Shown: positions 30,552 through 44,050 of the stretch, piece after piece
How positions within the stretch are numbered: position 1 is the first letter of the stretch
Layout of the letters: every line of letters begins with the position of its first letter
From: Octopus vulgaris
Lineage: Eukaryota
NCBI GenBank assembly: GCA_951406725.2
Contig: OX597827.1
Location: forward strand, 17,174,001 to 17,238,000
Direction of reading: 5' to 3'
DNA: 64,000 nucleotides
Position numbers and translations under genes: made by a program
Notes under the pieces: model-generated
Told to the model about the DNA's origin: nothing
Seen by the model: only the letters and a program-made list of their open reading frames with translations
The model's database searches: none

Positions 30552-31162
30552 AGTTTTGAAGCAGATCAACCATTGAGCAACAGTGTGCATACAAATAATG
30601 TTCTTTAATGAATAAATTATATTTTATTTATTTAAGACTTATCGTACATCTTGATTCATCGTCAAGCTCAGATTTCGCCTATTTTCACTTTTTGCTAACA
30701 GAAAGATGACATATTCTTCGCAATGCATGTATGTGTGTATATACAGAAATACACACATGTATACATAAACTGAAGTACACATGTACAGGCACGTGTGTTC
30801 AGCAGTTTTATTTTCAAGTTCCGCTTTATAGAATTCAAACTTGACGTTAACATCGACATGGCTTCTTAAGATTGAAGCAAGACTGTCCCAGACGTTTGTG
30901 AATGTTTGCGTGCGAGTTAGCGCGTTTATAAGTAAATATACTTGTACTTAGATTGTGGGTTTACATGATTCTTCATTAAACAAGTGTATGTGTGCGTGCG
31001 CATGCATATGTGTGTGTGTGTGTATGTGTGTTTATGCAATATCTATATCTAATTAGTGTACACATGTAGGCTCCCGGAAGCACAACTAGAGAGTCTCTGT
31101 AATGCTTTGGAAATAGTCACAGAGCCATTAATCGGTTGACTTTGTTGGATTCCGTTTGCTTT

Positions 31163-31386
31163 CTCTTTTACTCTTTTACTTGTGTCAGTCATTTGACTGC
31201 GGCCATGCTGGAGCAGCACCTTTAGTCGAGCAACTCGACCCCGGGACTTATTCTTTTGTAAGCCCAGTACTTATTCTATCGGTCTCTTTTTCCCGAACCG
31301 ATAAGTAACGGGGACATAAACACACCAGCACGGTTGTCAAGCAATGTTAGGGGGACAAACACAGACACACAAAGATACACACACAG

Positions 31387-31457
<71 letters not shown>

Positions 31458-31686
31458 CATATATACGACAGGCTTCTTTCAGTTTCCGTCTACCAAATCC
31501 ACTAACAAGGCTTTGGTCGGCCCGAGGCTATAGTAGAAGACACTTGACCAAGGTGCCACTGCACTGAACCCGGAATCATGTGATTGGTAAACAAGCTACT
31601 TACCACACAGCCACTCCTAGTGGGACTGAACCCGGAATCATGTGATTGGTAAACAAACTACTTACCACACAGCCACTCCTGCGCCT
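31163..31686 (-). mobile_element. SINE family A with a duplicated head
   Basis: Head segment occurs twice (31564-31618, 31625-31680). Confidence 0.85.
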
Positions 31687-31767
31687 ATCTTTACTTTCTT
31701 GGAAAAAATCCCGGCGTTTCTAGAATTTTATGCTAATCTTCTGTCACATACCCTCATACCATTATGA

Positions 31768-31983
31768 AACGTTAGCACGCCGGGCGAAATGCTTAGCGGT
31801 CTTTCGTCTGCCGCTACGTTCTGAGTTCAAATTCCGCCGAGGTCGACTTTGCCTTTCATCCTTTCGGGGTCGATAAATTAAGTACCTGTTACGCACTGGG
31901 GTCGATATAATCGACTTAATACCTATGTCTGTCCTTGTTTGTCCTCTTTGTGTTTAGCCCCTTGTGGGTAATAAAGAAATAGG
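31768..31983 (+). mobile_element. SINE family B
   Basis: Same core as the 12730 copy. Confidence 0.85.
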
Positions 31984-32397
31984 TAATAACACAAACGGCA
32001 ATCTAATGGCTACTCATTATTTTATCAGTATTTCACAATTTTCCACAAATTTATACACATTAACATTCTCAGAGCATAAATTTTGTTCCTCGTCCTGCAT
32101 AGTAACATTAGTAACTTTTCACTGGGTTGCTGTTTTTGTCGATAAGTGTCAACTGCCTTTTTAATTGTAAAAGGTATACTTACATTCTGATTCTGGTATA
32201 CTTTTGCTATACTTACCAGAATAATCTGTACTGGAGAGAAAAATATGACTATTTTTGACAATACTGTTATATCTTATGGTAATTGGTATATTCGGGATAA
32301 AATGCTTCAATTACTGATGATGTAGGTGCTATCTTCCACCTGGGTGTTGCATAATCAGCATTTTCTGCCAAGGAAATTGAAGGATACCTTTAGCGAC

Positions 32398-32592
32398 AGG
32401 CGAAATGCTCAGTAGTATTTCGTCTGCCGCTACGTTCTGAGTTCAAATTCCGCCGAGTTCGACTTTGCCTTTCATCCTTTCGGGGTCGATTAAATAAGTA
32501 CCAGTTACACACTGGGGTCGATATAATCGACTTAATCCGTTTGTCTGTCCTTGTTTGTCCTCTTTGTGTTTAGCCCCTTGTGGGCAGTAAAA
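32398..32592 (+). mobile_element. SINE family B, 5' truncated
   Basis: Same core as the 12730 copy. Confidence 0.85.
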
Positions 32593-32609
32593 AATATATT
32601 TATTAACAA

Positions 32610-32860
32610 GTGGAGGCGTGTGGCTTAGTGGTTAGGGTGTCAGCATCATGAGCGTAAGATTGTGGTTTCGATTCCTGGGCCAGGCGACGCGTTGTCTTCT
32701 TGAGCAAAACACTTTATTTCACGTTACTCCAGTTCACTCAGCTGGCAAAATGAGTAACGCTGCAATGGACTGGTGTCCCGTCCAGCTGGGGAACACATAC
32801 GCCATTGAAACCGGGAAACCGGGCCCATGAGCCTGGCTAGGCTTTAAAAGGGCGCATTTA
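32610..32860 (+). mobile_element. SINE family E (V-domain-like)
   Basis: tRNA head plus GCAATGGACTGGTGTCCCGTCCAG...GAAACCGGG. Confidence 0.85.
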
Positions 32861-33588
32861 TTTTTTATTTTATTTATTAATAAAGAATTAAAATGCGGTC
32901 TCCGGTTCCTAGTTAACGAAGGTTTTTCTATTTTGGACGCTATCTAACAGATCCAAGCAATGTTCCTCTGCCTTACAATGTTGTCATCCTCTAACTGTAG
33001 GATGTGTACGTGTTTGTGTATGTATATGTATATGTATATGTATGTGTGTGCATGTATGTATGCATGGATGTATGTATTTTTACATACGAAACGTTGCTGA
33101 AAAGTTCTTGGTTTTAAGGGTATCACGGATGGTTGGAGATACAACCTTACGAGTTCTATTACAGGGCTAAGAAATAAGCGTGTATCTGAGAGGTCAATAA
33201 TTTGAATATAATTATATTTAACTGATCCTCCTGTATATTTTTTATCAACCTCATGCAATGAAGTTTTGAAAGAAAGATGTTATGAGTGTTTGTTTCTCAA
33301 ATTTGAAGGTGATAATGCAGGTTCGGACTTTTTTGTGAATTTAGTTCTATGGTGGTACTTTTAATATATGACATTGAGGTAAGGATCATTGAGGTAAGGA
33401 AGAAATATTTGACATTGAGGTAAGCATCATTGAGGTAAGGAAAAAATTATCAGCGACACTGCTAATTGACACATTTGACAACAGTCTAAATTAGCATAAT
33501 AGCATAGCCTTGAAAAAAACATGGAATACATCGAAAAATACAAGCAAGAGAAATAATATTGGAAAAGTACAGGAAAGCTATTACACTT

Positions 33589-33959
33589 TTCCGCTTAGGA
33601 ATTATTTCTAAATGTTTTATATTTGTGTAGCAAAACTGCTCCTATGCTGTATTTAGAAGCGTCAGTGGCTAAAACAATCTCCACTGCAGGATCAAAATGA
33701 ACCAAAGACAAATCCGAAATTAATGTTTTTTTAAATATCCTGAAACGCCCTTTTACAGTTATTTGACCAATTCCATTTGGCATCTTTCTTTAGCAAATTG
33801 TCAAGTGTAGCTCTCAGTTCATACATGTTGGGTATGTAATTTTGATAATAGTTCACAAGGCCAAAAAAGCTTGTAATGTTAGTTGGGGGAGGTATATCTT
33901 TAATTGCGACTGCCTTTGACGGGTCATGTCGTCTTCCATTTATATCTATAATTTGTCCT
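33589..33959 (-). repeat. Copy of Gypsy pol segment 35370-35745 between 38-bp direct repeats
   Basis: Near-identical to 35370-35745; direct repeats at 33551-33588 and 33960-33997. Confidence 0.85.
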
Positions 33960-33965
33960 AAATAA

Positions 33966-34738
33966 TATTGGAAAAGTACAGGAAAGCTATTACACTTGGA
34001 AACGTTCAGGACAAGTTATTAAATCTGATAAAGTACAGAACAAGAAAATTTGTACTTAAAATATTGCAGCTAAGGACAATATTTGAATATTAACAATTAT
34101 TTGATTTTAATTTACAAAGTAACATTATAATTTTAAAATGTACCATCATTTTGTTAAAATATTGACAGGCTAGAGTACTTAAAAAAATGAGAGCCAGAAG
34201 CTAAAATTTCGTGCAAAGTAGAATAGTACATATGGTAGGAAAATACATTATGTAAAACATAGGCATTGGGTCAAGACTAAAAATGTGAAGACTTGGCAAT
34301 AACTTAGGCAACAACTCAAGAAAATTTTATTGTGAATTTGTTGTTATAGGTAGTAGATTTTACTGTAATATATAACGAATTTTTGTATTATTCAAATTAT
34401 TGTACTAATTATGTACTACTATTTTTTTATAACCTATTTTCAAATTTCTAATTATTCATTAATAATTTAAAAAATGAATTTCTAAAAGTGCAAAAAATTC
34501 TTGAGTTATTTTTTATTCTTAATAGAAGTAACAAGTAAAAACAAATAGAAGTAATAACTTGTAATAAAATTTTTAATTGTGACAAAAGAATTTTAAAATC
34601 TAAATATTTTATTTGAAATTTTATCCTTAGCTGCAATATTTTAAATAAAAATTTAATTTTCTTGTTCTGTACTTTACCAGATCTAATAACTTGTCCTGAA
34701 CATTTCTAGGTGTAATAACTTGTCCTGTCCTTTTCCAG
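33966..34738. repeat. AT-rich element with ~120-bp diverged inverted ends (MITE-like)
   Basis: 33970-34085 mirrors 34618-34736. Confidence 0.6.
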
Positions 34739-34759
34739 GTTTATAATCTTAAGAATATT

Positions 34760-34944
34760 ATTTCTCTTGCTCGCATTTTCCCATGTTATATATATTGTTT
34801 CTCTCCTTGTTTTCCTGTGTCCCTTTCTGCAGAAGAGCGTAGGCTCGAAACGTAAAAGACTTTTTCTATTCCTGAGCGTTATACTAATACATCTGTTTGT
34901 TTTGTACACCACCTATCTTCGTCTTTTGTTTTTTCGTAAACTCT

Positions 34945-34950
<6 letters not shown>
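34760..34950 (+). mobile_element. Minimal-hammerhead mini-element
   Basis: CTTT-CTGCAGA-A-GAGCgtagGCTC-GAAA-CG-TA-AAAG at 34823-34858; ends in (TA)n. Confidence 0.7.
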
Positions 34951-34992
<42 letters not shown>

Positions 34993-35979
34993 CTGTATCG
35001 CCAATGGTTATGATGATACTTGTTTTTTACACTATAACCTTGTATTAAACATATAACGAAGCAGGGTAACAACAACGTAACAAGCCAACGAAGTCTCCAC
35101 GAACCAACAAACGATATTCCGACAGACTACTTAAACGACACCTTACGACTACCTGCAATTAACGCCCACTCTCTTCTCTCACTCAAACCGCTACTATTTA
35201 TAGTAGTTCAGTCAAGTCTCTTACAGGGAGTGTCGTGATTCTCGTCACAGCATATCCCCTTTTGAGATTTCAACTTCTGTAGGAAATGAAATATATTTTA
35301 TTATAATTTTTTCTTTCTTTCCAATACCTCTCCCTTTTTGAAATTTTGCTTTCCTAAGGAGCTGAATACCTTTTCCGCTTAGGAATTATTTCTAAATGTT
35401 TTTATATTTGTGTAGCAAAACTGCTCCTACGCTGTATTCAGAAGCGTCAGTGGCTAAAACAATCTTCACTGCAGGATCGAAATGAACCAGCGACAAATCC
35501 GAAGTTAATGTTTTTTTAAATATCCTGAAACGCCCTTTTACAGTTATTTGACCAATTCCATTTGGCATCTTTCTTTAGCAAATTGTCAAGTGTAGCTCTC
35601 AGTTCATACATGTTGGGTATGTAATTTTGATAATAGTTCACAAGGCCAAAAAGCTTGTAATGTTAGTTGGGGGAGGTATATTTTTAAATGCGACTGCCTT
35701 TGACGGGTCATGTCGTCTTCCATTTTTATCTATAATTTGTCCTAAATCGTCAAATTTTGAGCAAAATGAATTTACATCGCTACTCACTGGGTGTGAAACC
35801 GTAATCTCTTATTATTTTTGAGAAAAAAACATTCACATGTTCGATTTGCTAATCGAGAGATTCACTTTTAATACATCATCGAGCTATGGAATTGCAAATT
35901 GACAGTCTGCCAACATCGCATCCATAACCTGTTGGAATATTGCAGGTGCGACCAAATGGCAATATATTATATTTGTATA

Positions 35980-36353
35980 TATTTCTTTACTACCGACAAT
36001 GGGCTTAACATAGAGGGGACAAACAAGGACAGACAAAGGGATTAAGTCGATTACATCGACCCAGTGCGAAACTGGTACTTTATTTATCGACTCCGAGAAT
36101 TTGAAAGGCAAAGTCGACCTCAGCGTATTGACAGGAATACGACAGCTCCCACATTATCGAAATTCTGTGTATACTATATGAAGGTATATTGGACATTCTC
36201 ATTTATAGAGCCATCCTATAGAATGAGACTTGGTACCACTTGAATGAGCAATGAACATCTTAGCCTCAGAACCATGAACTCAGAGCGTAACGACAGACGA
36301 AATACCGCTAAGCATTTCGCCCGGCGCGCTAACGTTTCTGCCAGCTCGCCGCC
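35980..36353 (-). mobile_element. SINE family B nested in the Gypsy RT, itself interrupted at 36126-36276
   Basis: SINE halves flank a copy of 39947-40097. Confidence 0.8.
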
Positions 36354-38127
36354 TTATATTTGTATAGTGTTCTGTGCGTATTCACTGTTAGAAGCTTCGA
36401 GCATTCTTCGTCTACTTTAATTTGTAGATACGCACCAGAAAGATCCAGTTTCGAAAATATTTTGCCACCATGTAGTTTTGCTAAACACTCAAACCAGCAG
36501 AAAAATCGGCACACACCCTGATTTTGCTATTTTTTTAATACACACTGTTTGTGCAGCCTACTTAGAATAATCTACTTTTTGAATAATTCCCAATTTCCTC
36601 AGTCTGTCAGATTCTTATTCTACCTGCTTTATTCCAGCAAATGGTACCTTTCTATTAGGTTCGAATACATGAATGACGTTTTCCCTTATTTGAAAACAGT
36701 CTTCAGTCTTAGAACAAAGACTTAATTTATCCGACAGCACTTCAAGAAACATGTTTTTAAAATTTTTTTCTTCAATTCAGCTGCTGAGTTATTTTCACTG
36801 GCGGGACAGCTATTTATTTATTTTTTTACAAAACAGACTTATGGAGAGGTCCCATAAATCAAATAACTCCAGCCAGTCCGTACCGAGCAGATTGGTTGCG
36901 TTTTTACCTCGAAAACTTTTGCTCTACAGATTTTTTCCCCGAAATCCGACATCACTCCACATGTAGTTTTTCACCTGTCACGCTTGATACAAATTTTGAT
37001 GTCTTTCTTAACATAAGTTTTTCAAGTCTTTTCCACGTGTCAGTATTAATAACCGAGATATCACTACCAGTATCTAGTTGTAATTTGATATTAATTTCAT
37101 TTAGTTTTACATGTACAAATTTTTTCTTTTAAGTGTCGTTTCTGCTTTCCGTTGAGAAAACTTTAGAATCTTCTATGCCCGACCTTCTTAACTTTGCTCT
37201 GCAATGTAAGTTCTTGTGTCATCTTCTTTGGCAACTGAAATATTTTTGTCTTTTGAAAGAGCGATCTTTCCTGGAGTGTAGGGTTCCACATCTGCAGGAT
37301 GGGTTTGGTCTTCTCATATTTTTCTTGTTCTTACCTACCCGGTCGGCACGCTTGTATTTATGAGAACTCCTTATCTTCAATTTTCTTTAGGTCCTGACAT
37401 ACGTTTACCATTCTTTGGCACTCCCCTGCAACTGTCTGCATGGTTAAACTTTGGTCTGCCTGTTCAAGTTTTCTGAATATTCTTGCACGTATCTCAGCGT
37501 ATTTGTTTGCCTAAGCTCTTGTACAAAAACCAGACACTCAATCATATCAGGAGTTAGTTCCTTCAGTTTAACCCTTTCTTACATTTGGTTTACAGACCTG
37601 GCATACGCGACAAAGTCTTCAAACTCTCTTTTAACCAAATTCCCACACTCCCATCGAGTGTTAAATAGGGAACTTTTATCATTGAACATTGTTGATAGTA
37701 GTTCGACTGTTTTTTGGAAACAAATTTTACCAGTTTTTTTTTTCGATAGTATGAAATTACAATATTTTTCAGGTTCAACCGGCGCTAATTTACGTAAAAA
37801 ATAGTCTTACTTTTTCGATGTCCGTCCACGACTTGCAATCTTCCCTGAAGATTTCTTCGTGTCTTCTAAAGTACGCTGCCAAAGTTATACCCTCCTCTGG
37901 GTCATAACTGAATTCTGTTATAAAGTTCGATACACTGTCTGATGAAAACAAACTTATAGTGATTCCGGACTTCTTAAGACATAGCCTCATTAACTAGTGT
38001 TGTTTCTCTTGTTGCTGCAGTAGTTACTGTTGCTTCTGCTTTTTTTTTGCAACTTATTATAGAAGTTAATATGTCTTCCATCATTAACAACTTTGAATCA
38101 CAAAAATTTGTTAACTGACTTTCATGA

Positions 38128-38147
38128 GGTTCGAATCCTCCTCGCCA
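38128..38147 (-). promoter_or_regulatory. Primer-binding site, tRNA-Ser-like
   Basis: TGGCGAGGAGGATTCGAACC downstream of the 5' LTR. Confidence 0.7.
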
Positions 38148-38439
38148 ATTATTTTAACGTAGTTACTCATCGGCAATTATTGTACTATCACCACTATTTA
38201 TGATGATACTTGATTACACTGTAATCGTGTAGTAACTATAAACATACAACGAAGGGGGGTAACAACAACGTAACAGTCCAACAAACTCTTCACGAACCAA
38301 CAAACGATATTCCGACAAACTACCTAAACGACACCTTGCGACTATTCGCGATTCACACATATATATGCGTTAACATGTATGCATATAGACGTGCAGATAT
38401 ACATATATGCAATGTATGCATGCATGTGTGTATATACCT

Positions 38440-38640
38440 CGTGTGTGCCGTTGGCGATTTTTTCCCTCTGTGTTCCCTTCTCTGGATCTTTCCTTCTCCT
38501 ATGTTTCCGACGAAGAGCTCCGCTCCAAACGTTAAACCCTCCTTCTTTCCTTCTTTCCTGAGCGTCCAATAATACTATATTTGTTCCACGTCCTCGCGTT
38601 GTTGTGTTTTTTTGTGCTTTCTTTTTGGATTAACTATATA
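38440..38640 (+). mobile_element. Minimal-hammerhead mini-element
   Basis: GTTT-CCGACGA-A-GAGCtccGCTC-CAAA-CG-TT-AAAC at 38503-38537; ends in (TA)n. Confidence 0.65.
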
Positions 38641-39499
38641 TATATATATATATATTTATTTATTTATTTATATATAGCTATACATTTGCATATATGTGTG
38701 CATGTGTGCGCGTGTGTTTGTGTGAGTGTGCTTGTATGCGTATATGTGTGTTTATGTGTGCGTGTGTGTATTGGATTGATAAACAATTATCTGCAGGAGC
38801 AACTAAGAGGTATCACAATCGATACTTCTGAAGCTATCACAATGTGGAGAAATCTTATTGTTTTATCAGCAGTTATTTCAGGGCCACAAGCGCTTTGCCC
38901 TTTAGCCTGTACACTTCGTCTGAGGGCCTTTCTTCAGCAGTTGTCAGTGTGTAGACCAATTTTCTGCAATAGTGCAGCAGCGCATCTAGAAAGTTGCAGC
39001 AGCCGACTTCACTATAGAATGAGGCTCCATTTCATCACTTGACAAGCGCCTAATCGATTATATCCTAATATTTCTTTCTTTTTTTTTCGGCTCGTAGGAA
39101 ATATCGAGTCTGCCCTCGCATAGCACTGTAATTTCTCTGCACTTCATGAGTACAGGAATATGTCTGGACGGAGCTATATTACCAATACCTGCTTTGAAAA
39201 TAAGAACCTACTCTTTAACCTCACTTGTATCTCTCAATCTGAGGTTGGATAAAAAGCAGAAAACGTGTTCCTTACTGCAAGACGTTTTGTTAATTTTCCT
39301 CAGGAATCTAATAACCCTGAATGCTGGCGGTTGTTGTTCGTTGGCCTTGACCTTCTGCAGGTCTGTTCTTGTCTCCTCACTAAAAGGTAAAGCACATGCA
39401 CTCGCAAACAAATAAAGGAATACTTTCAAGATTTAATTCAAAACATTTAGATGTAAAAATCAAATTTATGTAGTGGAAAGTGTAAAGAACATTTAAATA

Positions 39500-39857
39500 T
39501 TGTTGTATTTAGGGATGGTCATTTTGCCAGTTTTGCCAATAAAAACACACGCACTATATATTTGGTGTTACTTTGCTTCAGCGTTATTTATTTTTTACAC
39601 TAATCTTAATCTTATTTTGGCCTGAGTTCTTTCGTCACACTCCTGTGACCGCATCAGTGGTCCTTTGCTTTCTTCTTTCTCTCCTTACTAACCGTCAGCC
39701 ATTTTGTATTTCTATTGTATGTGTCTTCATTTGCCAAATATATAGTGCATGTGTTTTTATTGGCTAAACTTGTAAAATGACCATTCCTAAATACAACAAT
39801 ATCTGTTTCAACACACAATTTCACATCAAAAATCTTGCAAGACAAATATATAAACGT
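39500..39857 (-). mobile_element. Mini-element with internal inverted arms, 12-bp TSD and decayed hammerhead
   Basis: TSD AACATTTAAATA at 39488 and 39858; the homologous site near 43600 is empty; CTGATGC-G-GTCAC..GTGAC-GAAA at 39619-39663. Confidence 0.75.
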
Positions 39858-40428
39858 AACATTTAAATACTCTATCTACATGTTTAACAAACTCAAAAAA
39901 ACCTGAAGAAATTACATAACCAATGACATATTGGTTCATCTAAAATTATTGACAGGAATACGACAGCTATCACGTTATCGAAATTCTGTAATATAGTATA
40001 TGAAGGTATATTAGACATTCTCGCTTATAGAGCCATCCTATAGAATGAGACTTGGTACCACTTGAATGAGAAATGAACATCTTAGCCACAGAACTATGAC
40101 TGGGTTGATGTACACACATACACACACACACACACACATGCGTACACGCACATATGGTCACACACACAAGCGAGAACACACACACACATGCACACACACA
40201 GATATTGCCTTCGTTTTGCTGTTTTTTTTATACGAAATGAAAAGATACATTGCGGAGCTGCATTTATTTATCATCCGATGATACACATCTGCATCGCCGG
40301 ATGCTACTCTAACCAGTAGTTAAGTGTCCCACCCGTGAGGGATAGATACCTGATATGTAGAAACAATTGTCGTGATTGATAATAAAATTTCTCGTATATT
40401 TCATCTTCCGCTTTTCAGCTACCATTTA

Positions 40429-40517
<89 letters not shown>

Positions 40518-41380
40518 GTGTGTCTGTGTGTGTGTGCGTGTGCATGAAAGCTAATGTGGCAGTAGTAAATGCAGGAAAATGCTCGAAACCATGCAAGTAA
40601 GAAAAATACTATTATCAATGGTTCCTGATTTCTGATTTTGGTGTAGGGCCAGCTAACTCTAGGGGTGAGGGTAAGTCGATCAGAGTTCTTCATTGGTATT
40701 TTTCTTTATCGGTCCCCGAGAGATGAAAACCAAAGGTGACCATCAGAACACGAAGAAACAATGTGGAAAAAATTCTCTAATGCATTTCTTCTGTCGTTCT
40801 AGAGGAATCTGCCGTTTCGCCGTCTTGAGGAATATCAACAACATTAGTAATACTAACAATAAATGTAATGGCAGTGGTGACGTCAAGAATAACAACATGA
40901 ATGAAATTATCAAAACCCAAATGAAAAAGAAAAGGAAAAAATAAGCGTAAACATCAAATTGTACAACAGCAGAAGCGATAACAACGCCCATAACAAGAAA
41001 TGCAAGAGGAGCGGCAGCAGCAAAACAACAGCGATAGCAACACCAACATCACTAGCATCAACGAGAACACAAACAACAATTGCAAGAGCAACAGCAAAAT
41101 AATGATGATCGCAACACCACCAACAGCAACAATAGCTGCAGCTGCAAAATAACTTACAGTGCTATGCGAGGGCAGACTCGACATTTCCTACGAGCCTAAA
41201 TAAAAAGAAATATCAGGATATAATCGATTAGGCGCTTGTCAAGTGATGAAATGGAGCCTCATTCTATAGTGAAGTCGGCTGCTGCAACTTCAAGATGCGC
41301 TGCTGCACTATTGCAGAAAATTGGTCTACACACTGACAACTGCTGAAGAAAGGCACTCAGACGAAGTGTACAGGCTAAAG

Positions 41381-41710
41381 TGCAGCGGCAAAATAATGAC
41401 GATCGCAACACCACCAACAGCAACAATAGCAACAGCGGCAAAATAATGACGATCGCAACATCACCAACAGCAACAATAGCAACAGCGGCAAAATAATGAC
41501 GATCGCAACACCACCAACAGCGACAATAGCAACAGCGGCAAAATAATGACGATCGCAACATCACCAACAGCGACAATAGCAACAGCGGCAAAATAATGAC
41601 GATCGCAACACCACCAACAGCAACAATAGTATCAGCGGCAAGATAATGACGATCGCATCATCAGCCATAGCATGAGTAGCAGCGGCAAAATAATGACGAT
41701 CGCAGCACCA
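41381..41710. repeat. 50-bp minisatellite, about 6 units
   Basis: AACAGCGGCAAAATAATGACGATCGCAACACCACCAACAGCAACAATAGC at 41431, 41481, 41531, 41581 and, diverged, 41631. Confidence 0.9.
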
Positions 41711-42096
41711 ACAACAATAGCAACAACATTAACAACAACAATAGCGCAACAGCAGCAACAGCAAGACAACGTTCATAGTCGCAACAGCTGCAGGACCAAC
41801 CACAGTCATGAGTAGAAGCAGCTGCAAGCGCAACTGCAGCAACGAACTGCCGTATGAAAGAAGCTGCAAGTACAACAATGACAAAAACAATTTCAACGAC
41901 AGCTGCAACTAGTGCAACTGCAGTAACTAAAGCAGCATTAATAATAACTATAACAACAACAGCAGCAACAACGAAGACATAACCAACAATATCAACGAGA
42001 ATAATTATAGCATCAATATTGAAAGCGATTTCTGGGACAACAACGATAATAACAGAAGCAGCAGTAGCAGCAACAACATCAATAACAACGACGACG

Positions 42097-42130
<34 letters not shown>

Positions 42131-42210
42131 CTGATCTATTATTCACAATACAGAAATGGAATATTGCTAGGAGGACGCAGAAAATGCGGATGATGATGAT
42201 GGCGATGTTG

Positions 42211-42242
<32 letters not shown>

Positions 42243-42610
42243 GATGTGATGATGGTGGTGATGATGATGATGATGATGATGATTATGATGATGATTATGA
42301 TGATGATGATGATGATGCTGATGAATGGTGATGGTGCAGGTGGTGGTCATCGTCAGGATGATGATGATGATGGTGGTGGTGGTGGTGGTGGAGTATGCGA
42401 TCTTGGTGGTGGTGATGATGATGGTGAAGATGTTGGTGGCGAAAGGATTGAAGGATGGGGAGAAGAAGAAGAAGAAGAAGAAGAAGAAGAAGAAGAAGAA
42501 GAAGAAGAAGAAGAAGAAGAAGAAGAAGAAGAAGAAGAAGAAGAAGAAGAAGGAGATGAAGAAGAAGAAAGTGGGGGAGAAGAAGTAAGATGGGGAGAAG
42601 AAGGAAATTA
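41710..42610. repeat. Compound trinucleotide low-complexity tract (CAA/CAG, GAT, GGT, GAA)
   Basis: Directly visible simple repeats. Confidence 0.9.
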
Positions 42611-44050
42611 AGGAAAAGAAAGAAAAATAAGAAGAAAATCAGAAAAGAATAAAACAAGAAGAATTTTTAAGTTATTATTAAGACGAGGATTGAAAAGAGA
42701 CACAAATGCAAAGTAAAATTTCGCATTGTATAAAAGGCGAGATATGATATGATAATGGAAGCAATGAAAAGAAAGATAAAAGATGGTAGCTTTAAGTCGA
42801 TTAAGGCTATTGTGTGTGTCTGTCGGTTTATATTAGGATTTTGTTTTGTTGTTTTTTACAATGGGAATTCGATGTCGAATAATGGCGGCATGTTTTAAAT
42901 CAATTATTGTCCTCCTCTTAGCAAAATAATGTAGTGTTGGCATTATAACTGTAACAAGGACAGTGATAACGGCAACAACGGTAACAGTGATAACAAAAAC
43001 AATGATGATAACGTTAATAAGTAGATCGACGTCAACGGTCTGATGATGTTTCGACAACCGTGTCTGACACCCGATGGAAGTACTAAATATCTGTTAGAAA
43101 TAAATGTATAGAAAATTACATGAAACCGAGAAATGTAGTATGGAAAATACTGTCCAGAAGGTTAAAATATATTGTGCTATTGTAGTGTAAATAGGTATCA
43201 GTGTCGTGTATAACTATACTTGAAGAGAGTATCAGTTAATACTACGACAACACAGCATTGTTGTGTACTAATACTATAATATGCATGCTGTGGTGTTATG
43301 TTGTATCTTTATTGGTTTCAAATTTTGGCACAAGGTCAGCATGTTCGAAGATGGGGACAAGTCGATTCTATCGACGCCAGTGCTCAACTGGTACATATTT
43401 TATCGATTACCATGCCTCATTCTCTAGGATGGCTCTATACGCAAGAATGTCTAATATACCTTCATATAGTATATCACAGAATTTCGATAATGTGGTAGCT
43501 GTCGTATTCCTGTCAATAATTTTAGATGGACCAATATGTCATTGGTTACTTAATTTCTTCAGGTTTGTTTGAGTTTGTTAAACATGTAGATAGAATATTT
43601 AAATGTTCTTTACACTTTCCACTACATAAATTGATTTTTACATCTAAATATTTTGAGTTAAATCTTGAAAGTATTCCTTTATTTGTTTGCGAGTGTATGT
43701 GTCTTACCTTTTAGTGAGGAGAAAAGAACAGACCTGCAGAAGGTCAAGGCCAACGAACAGCAACCGCCAGCATTCAGGTTTATTAGATTCCTGAGGAAAA
43801 TTAACAAAACTTCTTACAGTAAGGAACACGTTTTCTGCTTTTTATACAACCTCAGATTGAGAGATACAAGTGTATGTAAGTCGATCTCGGCGGAATTTCC
43901 CTGGATTCAGTCTGCTTTCGTTTGACAATGATTTACAGCTATTCTGTCCAATCTGAGCACTGTCTATATCTATTTTGTTCTAAAACTTGTTCTATCTATT
44001 TGTATATGCATGCAGAACATATATAAATGATATGCACGTAAATATTATAT

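Larger units (their letters stand above)
34991..38345 (-). mobile_element. Decayed Ty3/Gypsy LTR retrotransposon
   Basis: 3' LTR 34991-35252 (TGCTGT...ACAGCA on -), PPT CTCAAAAAGGGGA, partial 5' LTR 38181-38345, PBS 38128-38147, RT FSKLDLSGAYLQI and APAIFQQVMD, RNase H LATDAS; no integrase seen. Confidence 0.9.

Noticed and set aside
38940-39045. GTGATGA...CTGA C/D-box snoRNA-like pattern on the minus strand
   Set aside because: Short motifs expected by chance; no guide sequence identified
41381-41710. Regular repeat resembling a CRISPR array
   Set aside because: Units are contiguous with no unique spacers, the context is eukaryotic and there are no cas genes
41661-42657. Gln/His/Glu-rich ORFs
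   Set aside because: Compound trinucleotide repeats with stops and no splice or domain evidence
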